From assembly GCA_002633005.1 (NCBI GenBank), contig NMRA01000450.1, positions 1 through 64,000 on the forward strand: DNA of 64,000 bases, given 5' to 3'. This document shows, piece by piece, positions 25,081-38,500 of the stretch. The notes beneath the pieces were generated by a model. That model was not told the DNA's origin, made no database searches, and was given only the letters and a program-made list of their open reading frames with translations. The position numbers and the translations under genes are program-made. Each line of letters starts with the position of its first letter. Position 1 is the first letter of the stretch. This stretch comes from Phoronis australis. Lineage: Eukaryota; Animalia; Phoronida.

Positions 25081-26239
25081 AAAGACTGTTGTCAAAATAC
25101 AGCTTGATACCACTGTATGTTTTTCTTCCAGAGACCCCGAAATTGCACACAGCCAGGGTAGTTCTGCTTGTCACCCCGCCGTGAAACCTGTATCAACATG
25201 CATGCAAAATCTGGGAATCAAACGACATTCACCTTGCCCGTTACAGCCATTTTAGTGGAAAAATTATAATGAACGTCATTTTCTTGCGTAATACCCGCCT
25301 TTTGTAATTGCTGGCAGATAAATGCAAATATGCACCAGAATCGTGCAAATAATCATACAAGCACCAAATTTTCCATGATGACTCATAATAGCATACTTAA
25401 GAGATCTGTCTGACTAGACACATGAAAATTCAAGATGGCCGACATCCAGTATTCGCAATAATGATTTTTCTTGTAAATTAGTATCTACCCAACCGATTTT
25501 AGCGATCTTGGTGTCAAATATTATAGTTTTGGGTATGCTTAATTCACTTTGGACACCATGAACACTCTCATTTACATATATTGTCAGGATATAGGCAATT
25601 ATACCCTTTAATTTGGTCAATTTATATGATTTTTGTTTGGTCGAATGCTTTGGTCATGCTGCATTTGTCTTGTACCAATAGCTACTTATACATTATGCTA
25701 AGGGTGTACTTATATATTATGCTAAGGGTGTACGGGTGCAGTGGTAGAGGTAGTGCCTTTGTTTCAGTAGTCAGCAACATCCCCTGGATGGACTTCTGGC
25801 ACTGGTCCTCACCGCTTTGCCAACTCTCACTTATGGCTCCAAGAAGTTGCTGGTGAGCAGCAACGGCCACACACCAGGACACCGCGTTGGTTCAAGGAAA
25901 TGTATTTCATAGTTTTGAAAACAGTACGCTTTGACACGCGCACGTGCCATTTCCTAAATTTTGCGACATCTCTCGGGAGATGATGATAGCTTGGCAATTT
26001 TTTTTTCTGAAAATCGGGTTTTCGGTATCAAATTCTAAAAACTTGTAACTATATGAAACCAGTTCCGATAATTCGTTGTGACATCTACGCAACCACGTGG
26101 AAGAAGGACAGTTGGTTAAAGAATCGGCGAAAGAAGAAACTGGCCAACAGGTGACGCAATATTTCATGGCGCCGAAAGATCGCTCCACAACTTTAGCACA
26201 CAGGCGCTTGGATTTATCGGAAATGACGTCACTCAATAA

Positions 26240-27105
26240 TATATGTAAGAAAACATAAAGGTCGGACACTTAAACCTTGCCAAGCCGAGGCTCCCAACTT
26301 CAACCGTCCAAAATCCAAATAAAACCTGCGTGCACTTCCCTCAGTCTGGTGTTGCATAAACCTTCGAAGCCTTATCTTTCCTAGATCCCATTAACTGTCT
26401 TCGTGAGTGGTGAATTTTGCATGAAATTTCCAAAACAATCTCAAAACTGATTTTAAGGACATGAGATAGAAAACATGGCGGATTTCTGTTGTGCTTCAAC
26501 TTGTACCCCTGTCGTAGGTGAAACTTGAAACGAGTTTGAGCAAGCAACCTATATTTCAAATTCAATAATTCTAATCCAAAACTCAACTAATTGAGACTGT
26601 CAAAGTTAGTATTTTAATGATTATTTGTAACTTTATTCCACCGACGGCTCATTTTAGCCCTTAACTTAGAATTTCATTATATAAACTTCACATATCAATA
26701 CAGTATCAGGATAATTTATATTTGACACAAATATGTGAGTAATTACATTTATTTGGCAATAAAGTGCTCTCTGCTTCTCACGATCAAGTAGTCGAGGGAT
26801 TGACGATGAAAGCCGCACGAAATTAGACTTTCGGATTTAGCTCGGGAGCGTCCGTCAAAAACCCGGATGTGCGAAGACTGTCTGCCATGACATCACGGAA
26901 TCACTTCCTTGAATTTGTGATTTTGACATTCTTTTGGCATTTTTGTCGCCAAATCACCACTCGAAGGCAACTTGAAGCAATGGAATGAAAGAAAGTATTC
27001 TAAGAGTTGTCGGATGTTCAGTTTCGTGGAGTTCCATGCACATTTGAGTAGAAAATTCTGAGCAAACAGATTTCGAGTGTCCAACCTTTATGTTTTCTTA
27101 TATAT
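26240..27105. mobile_element. MITE with ~30-bp terminal inverted repeats
   Basis: atatgtaagaaaacataaaggtcggacact at the left end; agtgtccaacctttatgttttcttatatat at the right end. Confidence 0.7.
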
Positions 27106-27829
27106 GTCATTTGCGATAAACCCAAGTGCTTGTGCTTTAGCAGAAGAATAACGGTAGAACGCCATTTTTTCCAACACCGTTAAATAATATGGTTTACTCA
27201 AGGAAGGCTTTGGTTTTTAATGACAATAATTTTATGTCAGAGTTTATCTTACCAGTTCTTACCCACATAGGTGCAAAGCTGTATATTTAGTATACAGCTT
27301 TCTACTAAGGCTTACACATCACACACTTGAGGTCGCTTAGAATGATACAAAGGACCAACATGGCCTCGTTTTCGAGATATTCAGCAGACTCATATGTCAA
27401 ATGAATTCGAGTTCAAGACAAGACTGGATGCTAAGAGGATCAACAGGAATGCGTCGTCCGTTACATATATATAACGGCACACGAATGGACATGAAATCGT
27501 TTATCAAGGAATTCTGGCAGGCACTATTTCTGTGTGTGGTCACTGTGGTGAGTTAAATCATTCCATGAAACTTAAAATACAAACAACTTGAAAATATGCT
27601 AAGGTTTTGGATTAGTTTACTTCTAATGGATGAAAACAGAATTGCAAAAAACTCTTTTATGTGACCCTGAACATCGGAAGTCTAGCAATTGGTGCAGTTT
27701 AGTATTTACATGTACAATTATGAAGAAATGCGATTTTTTCGAAAACTTCAAAGCATTCAATTTCCAGTTTGAAGAATTAAAATGGTTAAAAATAATCACT
27801 GAGATAAACCAAAACTGCGCTAATATAGA

Positions 27830-28320
27830 TCCGTTAAGAATGACTATTGTGTAGAGAAGTAATTATGTCTGCCGTTGTCTCAGAGGTCCATCATAGCTCT
27901 TTTGAGAGCAAATATTCTACCATTGGAGGTTGAGGTGTTCCTGTGAATGCACGAATTTGTCGTGTTTATAAAAACAAATAGGTGATGAAGTACATTTCAT
28001 CTTTGATTATGAAAAATATAATATTCATATTTGACCATTTTATACAGAGTTCTGTCCCACCTCAAATATTCCAAAATAACTTTAAGTGTTTAGTAAAAAT
28101 TCATTCAAGACGCTTTGCAGGTTAGAAGAAATTATTTGTTTGTAAACAAGTCTAAAGTTGTCAGACTTATCTTGAGTATGTGCATCATATTATGTTATGG
28201 TTTAACAGTCATAAGGTGACTGAGTAAGCCTATTGAGACTGGAGGATATGATGAATATTTTGTATTTAAGATTATTTATTCACCGACACTCTTATGTCAC
28301 TGCAATAGATAAAAATAATA
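27830..28320 (+). mobile_element. LINE (L2/CR1-group) ORF2 3' fragment
   Basis: LPLEV..GVPVNARICRVY..IGDEVHFIFD matches the LPIETGR..R.C..C..DE.HFL C-terminal motif. A-rich tail near 28310. Confidence 0.5.
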
Positions 28321-29380
28321 GAATGAAAGGTTGCTTATCGTAGCTTTTACTGTTTTTGTCTTTTTGTGTTTCTGTGTGTCTGTGTGACTGTGAAGGGAGA
28401 TTAACAGTTTCAGGTTTACTAACATACAAAAAAGTCCCTTACTTTTAATAATGGCATTACTGTTATCACGAAAGATTTTTTACTATTAAAATGACTAAGA
28501 TTCGTACGTTCCCCTTACAGAAGATCCAAAAATAGTCCTTTGCACACGATGGCTACTGTTCAACAATATTTGATGGAATGTGAGACCGAAGATAAGCATT
28601 TATCTTAATGTCACAGCATTTTGCGGCTAAGTTCGAACTTTCATATCAACAGTATAGCAAATGTCATTCTCGAAACATAGTCATTTAATCAAAATTATAC
28701 ACGATTTTGCGAGCGAAATTCAGTACTGCCAAAGAACTCATTGACATTAATGACACTAGGATAAGCATTGCGTCGTTTTTAAATTAACCATTGAACAAAC
28801 ACTTTACAACCATGGGGAAAACGTGACGTCAACAATGATGAAATATGGTGTGTCATTTTGGCCTTGTAAACAACATACTACCATAAAACAAAACCTCTAG
28901 ACAATAGCTTCCTCGTAGTTCTACAGTCACCAAAACACACTAGAAGTGTTTGCTCTAAATAAAATCACGCATTGATTACCCCTAAGCCAACTAGTGCACA
29001 TTGTCTTTAAACAGTGCGTACAAGCTGGCAGTATGAAATAATGTCAAATGCAGTGGAAATCTGTCAATGTATTGAACATTAAGGTAACACGATAAAACAT
29101 TGAGAGAAAATAAATTTCTGGACACGTCCCGGGGGCTGTTTTTCCCTAAGGGTGAGGGGTGGTGCAACACTTTAAAAATCCAAAGACCAACAAAATACAT
29201 GTAATACCCCGCTCCCAAGGGAATGTTCACTTGAGACAGTACCAAACGTTCTCCCGCCATCACTTTTTCAAGTACCTACCTGAGACGGCACAAAACATTC
29301 AGCAAAGTTGACAGCACCTCCCTACCAACCCCTCCTGTGAGAGAATGTCCTAACGTGAACTATTTACCCTCCATCAACAG

Positions 29381-29504
29381 GTAGTGCAAGGACAGCTCTT
29401 TAAAAGATCGCCTGAGCTCACGCAAATACTCAATGAGGAAGCGACTCGTTCCGGACGTGCTTCCATGGATAGGCTAATAGCTACAAGCCTTGAAATGGCC
29501 GCAA
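29381..29504 (+). CDS. Astacin-ShK gene: prodomain exon
   Basis: caacAG|GTA...GCA A|GTGAGT. Encodes VVQGQLFKRSPELTQILNEEATRSGRASMDRLIATSLEMAA. Confidence 0.7.
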
Positions 29505-32500
29505 GTGAGTTACGGCTGCTTGTTCTTTGAAGCAAAATAATACGTAAGTGTTTGAGGGTGTGAAGCGATTTGCAGTTATGACATTTGACAAACAAGATAC
29601 ACTCACGAGCCATTTGCATTGAAATATCATGGAATGTGCTGCTAGACACGGAAATCGAAAGCTCTTCTGCTACAGTACAGTCAAGTGACCTAATTATCGG
29701 ATGTTTTGGCACTTTTTCATTATATTTAATTGAAAATGTTACAGATTTTCGATTTTTTTTGCTGAACTAAAGACTTACCTTTACGGTATTAATGTTTTAT
29801 TGTATCTTGTCACCGAAAAACACATTATGTTCTGAATGATCTTCAAAAAAACACCACTAGCAAACCTTGGGAGAACCTAAATATCGGACACCACGTTTCC
29901 CCATAAGGCACACCGCAGAAAACTGACTAGTGAGCCAAGTAATGCCCGCGGGCACCTTTTCGCCAAGTTGGAGTTCGAGTGTTTTGATATCAGTATTTGC
30001 TGCTACATATAGAACACAACTGTGCTCGCAACAAAATTATCGACAAAACGAAATCTGATAAAAGCACAGTTATTTCGATGAATCACTGCAGACGACTAAA
30101 GCACGTGACACCTCTCAGCATTTCTGTATCTCGTTGCCTTCTTGATGCAACACACGCACATGCGTAGCCGGTGTTTGACTTGAGTTTAAAAAGAAATGAA
30201 AACATGAAACAGTTACAGTACTTATTGTCAGTTCATTGAGATGATTTCAATGTGGAAATAGATTTTTTTGTTTTCAACTTTTATTACAAATTGATACGAT
30301 CGTCCATTTTAGACGTACTTGGGGGTAAAAGTTGCACCCTCTCCCGGTGAAATTAAAACGAGGCAACGCTATAATCAGTGGCAGATTTAGAGGGGGCCAA
30401 AGGGGCCATACCCCCAAACTATCCCAGCTTCCATTTGTCAGTTCGGGGGTGCGAATGTCTGACTGGCAAAATCCTGGTAAATACTCTGGCCTGCTCCCAA
30501 CTCAAAATCCTGGATATATCCTTGATAATAAACGAGACAGTGATGGACATCGAATGCATTACAGCTGAAGAAAAACTTGTGTCATTTACTTCTCAGATTA
30601 TGCTTCAACGAAAATTTTATGTAATGTCCGATATGCCGGTACGTCCGATAATTAGTACACTATATGTAAATCATTCACGGCACGTCCTCCAAGACCTAAA
30701 GTGGCGATCATTCTACTTCAGCTGTCTTGTTACAAGCAAGAAATTACCACAACAAAGCTCATCTTAGATCGAATTATGACTGCACAATCATACCCCCTGC
30801 CACACTGGGCTCGCTTTTCCATTGCAGTTGAAAGGGTTAAAAACGGCACGTTGGCAAACGCTGAAACTAGCGATGAATCAGACTTCATTCTGGCCGAGTT
30901 GGATATGAAATTGACACTTGAGCAGATGGCACTACTTTATCCTGATCGATTTCGTCGCATGAAAGGTACTACCTTGTAAGTAAGGAATCCAAGATGTAGA
31001 ACGATACCATAAAGACAAGCAGCACTGAAACACTCATTGTATTTTGTCTCGCGGTTCACACAACAAAGGAAATGACACCTTCCTTCCTTTATGTCGAAAA
31101 CACCATGGGTAAAATAAAAATTGTGAATGCTTTTGCCTCAAAAGTGATACAGACATTTTAAACAGTCTCATATTTTTTCCCCTTTCACCTCCAACACGGA
31201 GGAAACCAGGCTAAAAAGTGTCAAATGACGCACACCATCAGTTGCCTTCCAACATTTGAGACACGAGCTACCACTGGAGTCTAACTTTGGGCTGTTTGAG
31301 GTCTACGTCAAATAATAGCAGTCATTGAACTGTATTTCAACTCTGCAATTTTCAAGAAAGCGAAATCTTAAGTCGAACTAGTGAACTGAATAATGGTCAT
31401 ATATATGCAAACCAGATCCATTGAACCTTCTTGCAGTGTACATATCCCAAAACTGCCGCCAACCCTAGCTTATTTGGCAGATTTATTTTCTAAGAAGTGT
31501 AACCATAGCGTATGGTACCTAACTTTCTTCGAATTTACATGGTTAAGTACACTGTGCCCTTATACCGAATATCATGCTTTTATCTTTAGAACAATTAGAT
31601 GATTTTTTGGTTCCTAGACGTTGCAGTACCTCATTTATTTTACATTTTGGTTTAATGTGGTTAGAGGTGTACTTTAATCAAGTTTGTCGTCCCAAACTTG
31701 CAGACATTTACGCACGACCTATTTCGTAAAAGAAGCGTTCATTAAGTAAAAGTTAAAGGAGAAGATAACCTTTTTTAGTGTCATGTTTAGCAAAATACGG
31801 TTCGTTGATTATCCTAGACATGTGTTTCAATCAATACGGTTTCCCATAATTTTATCAATTAGTTGTGCCCTACTCAGGAAATGGCGTTTAGAATTTAAAA
31901 AGTCCCGTCATTTTGTTGCTGCGTTTGAGTTTACTGTGGGGATCTTTTCTACTCTGGTTTTCGTCTCGTTTTTCTAACTTTGTCATCACCAGTTCCCATC
32001 GACGAGTATTCTACGTCAAGCTAAGTTGTTGGAAAACTCAATTACGTTGGATTTAGGCATCGTTTAGTTTGTAGAAGCCTCAAAATGGGAACCCGTATCA
32101 CAGGCACAGTGACGTGGTGACTAGGATTTTTTCACGAGCAGTGAGTGGTTGGATATAAGTTTGAGTCCCAGTTTAGTGAGGCAGAATACAAACAAACAGC
32201 TGCTGAGAGGTATGAAGCAGAGACTGAGGACAGACGTAGTGGGAAGTCTTAGTCCAAATGCACGGTGTGCACTGTTTTGCCGACCTCAATGACTTCAGCA
32301 TCCAAACCCCTTACACCCAGCAGCTAAACACACCTGGCACCGTCTAAATAGCTCCAATAATTTAGTCAAGTCCACACTAAACTTATCAAAGTTTGGCTCA
32401 CAAGCCCGTTCACTGGACGACGAACTGTCCTCCACACTGTGTGTCGAACTGAGCTTGCAGTCACTCTCACTACTCGACATCTCTGCAGGGCTGCTAACAG

Positions 32501-35500
32501 GTTCTGGGCTCGAGACAACCACCAGCACAGGGCGAATCACTGTTAGTTCCCGGAAGTGCACGCTCTAGGATACGTTCTGCGTAGATATTTCTTTAGTAAT
32601 CGGACGGCACAATATGCTTGCCATACATTCGGTGATTATTCATTGCTTTGTACGTTGCGTGGACGGGTAACGCTACGTTCTTCACACGAACGAGCCAAGT
32701 ACATGTACGGCAGAGTCTGTCATCTTTCGGAAAGCGATGTATTGGCATACCCGAAGTGCGCGTCAGACGATAATGAGCACATCCCGGCACACAGAAACTG
32801 TGGAAACTGTGAACCGTCTTGACTGATTCGTAAACAAGCGCAAACAATGACTGAACTTATCACAACAACGACTGACTTGACGGTTATTCAAACTACATGA
32901 AAACAGATGGCGGGAAATTCTTAGCCCGCTAAACGTCACTTCCGGAGTAAAGCACGACTATTTAATAAAATCACGGGAACTCATTATATAACCTGAAAAA
33001 TACGTCTGGGATAATCAATGAACCGTATTTTTACAAAAAATCACAAGAAAAAAATGCCTTTCCGTTTATGCCGTCATTGGTTTCGCGAAGGCTTGCCTGA
33101 TCTGACAAACTCACTAGAAATTTTTTTTATGGAACAAAAATCACAACGCCACCTGGCATTGAGAAGGAGTCAAAAGCCCAAGCCAGATAGCAAGCTATTA
33201 TTTAATATTCAGGTCCCACAGACGGAGGCTTAAAAGAGCATCCGCTACCAAGGGTCCAGCGCTATGGCCTGACGCTACCATGCCATATACCGTGGAAGAA
33301 TTTTCTTGGAGTAAGTTAAGTGTTCGTATTGCTTTATTGTTAATTGCTGCTTTGCTCCCATATCGTATTGCTATATTCGGCCTACACAGGGATTTCGGAT
33401 ATAGGACATTGAAATAAAGTTTTCTTCAAATAGCTGTTGCGCCTCGACATAAACTTGCCTTTGGCCTGCTGCTGGCGCAATATGTTACCTTTGAGGAGTC
33501 GGAGAACGCATAGGCCCCAAACAGTCTTTGGAAGAGACCATGAAAGAGAACGTCACCTTTTAGCCAATTTTTGTCGATTCTTTAATCAACTGTTTTCGTC
33601 CATCAGGATACATGCATTTCACAGCTAATTATCGGAAATAAAATCGACATTACACCACTTTCATTATCCTATTGGGGTCCCTACACATATTGCGCAGCCC
33701 CACAAGCTTACACCGCTTCTGGCGACGCTTATACTCGCCGATTTGATGAAGTTGTAGCTGACATTGCAAGCCATGCCAAATGTGTCGAAGACACTTTATT
33801 ATGGGCAACTAACCTAGAAGACGACTTTCATCAGGCATGCGCATGGTTGGACATCTATGGTCGAAACGCCATTGTATTCGATCTTGAAAATATCGCATTC
33901 GGTCAGGACATTGCCGAGTTCGTCAGGTTCGAAATCACCCGTGACGATATTCCTCCATCAAGGCAATACCTAAACAGCACACTCGAATTCCCCCACGAAT
34001 AAAATCATTACCTACATGCGCTCCTGGTTTGGCCTCCTGAACCAAGTATCAGCATGACCTACGAAAGATTGACTTCCCGACAGCTTTTGAAGAAAGGGGC
34101 TCCATTTGTCTGGAGTGAACAGGCGGAGCAACCCTTTGCTAAATCCAAGTACATCATTGTTCATCAGACAGAGGAAGGCGTACGTATCTTTAACAGGACT
34201 AGACCAACTTGCCTGACAACTGATTGATCCAAGACTGTACTAGGTTTTTGGTTACTACAGAAACACTGCCACCGTTTAAAACAACGCCGTGTTGTTGCCC
34301 ATCCGGCTGGAAAGTGTCCCTCGTCGGCAGTAGGTTCATGCATTCTTCCGAACCCGATTTGCCCTGATCCAATGCGAGGCCCTTGCCGTTGCTGACTCCT
34401 TAGAAAAACCTCGCTTCTGCGTGTTGAGATGCCACCAGATGACAATTGCCGTCGACCACAAACCACCCGTTAAGTTTTTTTCCGACAGAGCTCTGGAGGA
34501 CATACCTAATACCGCCTACGAAACCTGAAAGAAAATATCATACGATACCTCTTCACAATCGTTCACATCCCAGGCATGCCCCACAAAGCAGCAGATATTC
34601 TATCCATGTATCCCACTGGCACATCGATACAACTTTCTCGCCCTGAAAACTTACTAGCTTCCGTTGATAATGACATTGGCCGTGATTTCCTCAGAGCAGC
34701 TAAATGTGCCCGTACCTCACTTCAGTGTATAACATGGGACACGCCATTGAGGCCACCTGTAGTGACGAATAAATGAGTACCCTCCTCGGTGCCATCGAAT
34801 ATGGCATGCCCAAAAAACGAGAAACTTTGCCCCAAGCATTACGGCCTGATCACCAGTTTTGTGAATTTCTCTCAAGCATTGACCGATCACTTTGTCATCT
34901 CTCCTTTGTTACGGTTAATTATCTCGGACTGGCTTCACTTTACCCACCAAGGAATATCCTCTATGACCGCTTGAGCTTAGGCTTCGGGCTTCTGGCCGGG
35001 GATAACCAACGACCTTGCCAAGAGACTACATGCCCCCCCCCTCAACGCCACCTACTTTATCCGTTAACCCGTTCCAGTGTGTGTGGGCCAAATTCTTTGC
35101 GTATAAAGGTATCCATAACCTCGGTCTCCTCGAATGTTACTCCACTGGCCCATAGTTTAGCCCGCCTACTCTGGGTCAAAAGGGTTCGTGGATTGTTTAC
35201 GTTGCTGATTTGTCACTTTTGGCATACTTGATAGCGCTCCAGAATTCACGTCGTCCGCGACCTCCCACCTCCTTTCATCATGGGACGTCCACCATCGTGT
35301 TCCATCCGTCACCTTTCTCCACAGCAAATGCCGAGCTGACATTGCCATAAAATAATGGCGGTTTTAATTTGCATCATGAAAACATAGATGGAAACATGGC
35401 ATCTGTGTAAAGTACTTGTTAAGAAGCTTGTAAGCAAAACCAGAACTTTGCACACTGGCGGTCTTAATTTGCATATTTCTCAAAGGTTACAAACTGTCAT

Positions 35501-38500
35501 CCTCCTGAATCATAGTCTACATAGAACAGCAATGAACAAAACCATTTCCAGCAAACCTAGGTTCGGCCTTGACTCTTCTGACTATCTTTCTCAGTTACAA
35601 AAACCTGATGATGACGCAATAACATGTCATTTTTAAGATTGTTGTCAGGATAAAAATTGATCAAGTAATTAGCAAGAAAAGATCCTTTTTAAGTTTCCCA
35701 AAATTTGTGCATATGTACTTTTAAATCAAACTTGTTGACAAGTGTTTTAACGGCAAAATCTATTTTTAGATGGTGTTTACAACTTTGGTTCTAGAAATTT
35801 CTGAGAACAAATCGTAACAGCCAATGATATGATTTGATAAGATCATGTGGTTTTTACTAGTTAATCATTAAGTAAGAAGCATATTATAATATGAGCTAAA
35901 ACCAAATAGATATTCAGATGAGCTATAGCAGTTGAAGCATAAAGACTTGCTGCAGTGTACAGAGGAAATTGTACAACAGAGCCATCTCGTGGAAGATTCT
36001 AGAGGAGATCTTGGCAAGGGCAAGGATTAACGAACAGGAAGTTAACTAAGAGCTTGTCACTTGCATCGTGGGTAGTAAGATAATGCCTGAAGTGTTGTGT
36101 CACCAGAGACTGTGACCAGCAAGAAGAATGGGGGGTAGAAAAAACTGCCTGAAAGTGTTGCATCACCAGAGACGGTGACCAGCAAGTGCACTGTCGTAAT
36201 ACAGTGTGTGTAGTTCAAAGATTCACCAACAGGACAAACATCCAACTAATGGAAAGTCCTAGCTCGGATAGCAGATAAGATATTTGATTATTTTGGTTGA
36301 TCGTTTGAAGTAATCTTTAAAGAGGGCACTATCGTAGTTACTCTTTGTAGTTGATTACTTAATTAACAACAGGTTTAACTTGTCTAATTAGTGGTTATCA
36401 TATAATAAATTAATTACTGGATTTCATTATTCACTCTCCATCTACGCACAGTCTCAAAGTATAGCTACCATTTAAACAAACACAAAGTCAATCTTTGACA
36501 ATTGCTTTGCACATAGAGGACTGTAACGGCAAGATGAGTTTCGTTTGTCTCTCAAATTTTGCATGTACTGTTCGGTGGTTAGCTGCGAGAGTTTCGTGAT
36601 GAAATGACATGAAGAAATAACCGGGCGAACGTAAAAATTCGGAGTCTTTGTGAACACACAGCGATTTCTAGCTGTCTTTTAAATAGATTTAGCATGTAAA
36701 AGCGATAGTCGTCATGCAGCTAGCTGGGTTGGCAAGCTGAACGCGTGTCAATGGGCACAGCCACAGGACCCGGAATAGTAGATAAAAGAAAAACAAATCT
36801 AAACGACAGAACCTTTTAGAAAAAAATGATCATTTAGCCCATACCTTTCTCTAAGGAGGTCCATTTAATATAATGCACTTGAAAATTTGCTTTCTTAATA
36901 GAACATCCCACGAAGATACTGAAAAGTCTTGTTATTCACGAATTTTCCAAAAGTATATTTTTCTGGAGACTCCTACTCTCTATCAGTTTTTGAAATTTTA
37001 AATGACATGGCATCAATTGCAAAAATGGTCCTTTTATAGACTCCAGAATAAAAACCGTTGGTGACAAAAGTTTCTCGTTCCAAAAAAAACTATTCGTTGA
37101 CACTTCTTCTTTCTCCCTTTCAGGGGTTACAAAAATGTGTGCACATTGAAGTCGTCTTTGTAATACGCTGTACGTGGCCTGCACGAGGCGTTCGGTTCAC
37201 ACCATTCTTATTTGTTACCTAATTTGACGCATTATACCTTAGGAAATTTCCTTTATGCAAACTCAGTTCCACCATGAAACATTGTTTCTTTAAGCTGATC
37301 GGGACGACGCGAAAATTCTCCGAATGGCAATGAGCGAATGGGAAGCGTACACATGCTTCAAATTCAAGCCGAAGACGCCAAGTGATAAGTACTTCACTCA
37401 TATTCGCAGTGGCATAGAAGGATGCGTTTCGGCGTACGGATTTGTCAAACGGAGTCCTCAGTATATTGGCTTGTCCGAAGAGGGTTGCCGATTTGTAAGT
37501 CTACTGAGGTCACGTGAGTTTTAACAATCAGGAGGTCCTACAATTGAAGGCCATACAGTGCGCTATAGTCGGAAACATTTAAGAAACACCATTGTAGCTG
37601 GAGGGTATCCTTCCAGATCGGTGTACTATCGGCATTGTATATGAATGTCGACATATTGGCTGCTATATGGCTTTTTTCAGGGGCGGATCCAGGATTTTGA
37701 GTTGGGGGGCAGGGCAAAGGAAGAACCAGGAACAGGTTTTGAGAAATCTGTAGAACATTCAAGGTTTGCTATTTTCTTTAAATTCCAGAAAATATTCATT
37801 TAAAATAAGGTTTTACTTATGGGGGAGTTCCAGATGCTACTAGGAAATGATGTGCTTGAAAGTTCCAAGACATTCAAGCATCACAGCCCCTGGTGATGCA
37901 CTAAAGTTGACTAAAGCTGATATCGAGATTGTGTCATAATTTACTTGCAAAGTTAACACACTGTGTCGATGAATCTTCACTAGCACCTCTTATTAATTCT
38001 TAGTCAGTAAGAAATTGATGAAATAACAATACTTTGTTTCTTCTTTCGTTATTTGTGCATCTACACATCTGTGTGCCATTGTTTATGCTATAAAGATTCA
38101 CTGTGAACAGACAGCTTCGTGTAGACTTACCAGTACTAGCCTCTTTCTGGGACTGCCGGGAATGTGAGTTATGCATAAATTTTGCGAAAGGCCTATTGGC
38201 AAACTACATGTACGTACACGGAATGTAAGGAATTTCTCATGCTGTTCAAGCCTCGTTTTCTAAAGAAACCGATATTTACCAGTTCGTATTTAGCATGGCC
38301 TGTATGTCACTGCCGAGTTCACCGGAAAAGTGTTAACCACCGTCCCAGCGCGATACGGTTCTTTATGAAGCTTACCCGCCGTATTAGATTATTTTAATAT
38401 ATACTGTCTACATTTACCGCGGGTACCCCAGCCAAACTCCGCCCTTGTGTTTATGTATTGATCAAAAGTTTCTCCCTTACTGATTCGTTAGTTTGGACTT

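Noticed and set aside
28323-28413. Signal-peptide-like first exon MKGCLS*LLLFLSFCVSVCLC
   Set aside because: In-frame TAG, weak donor and phase mismatch. T-rich DNA beside a LINE tail translates as hydrophobic by chance.
34773-35231. 152-aa ORF, the longest in the track, as a standalone gene
   Set aside because: Part of the frameshifted Gypsy pol relic.
36080-36190. Two ~40-bp direct repeats resembling a CRISPR-like repeat-spacer
   Set aside because: Only two imperfect copies, eukaryotic context and no cas genes. A local tandem duplication.
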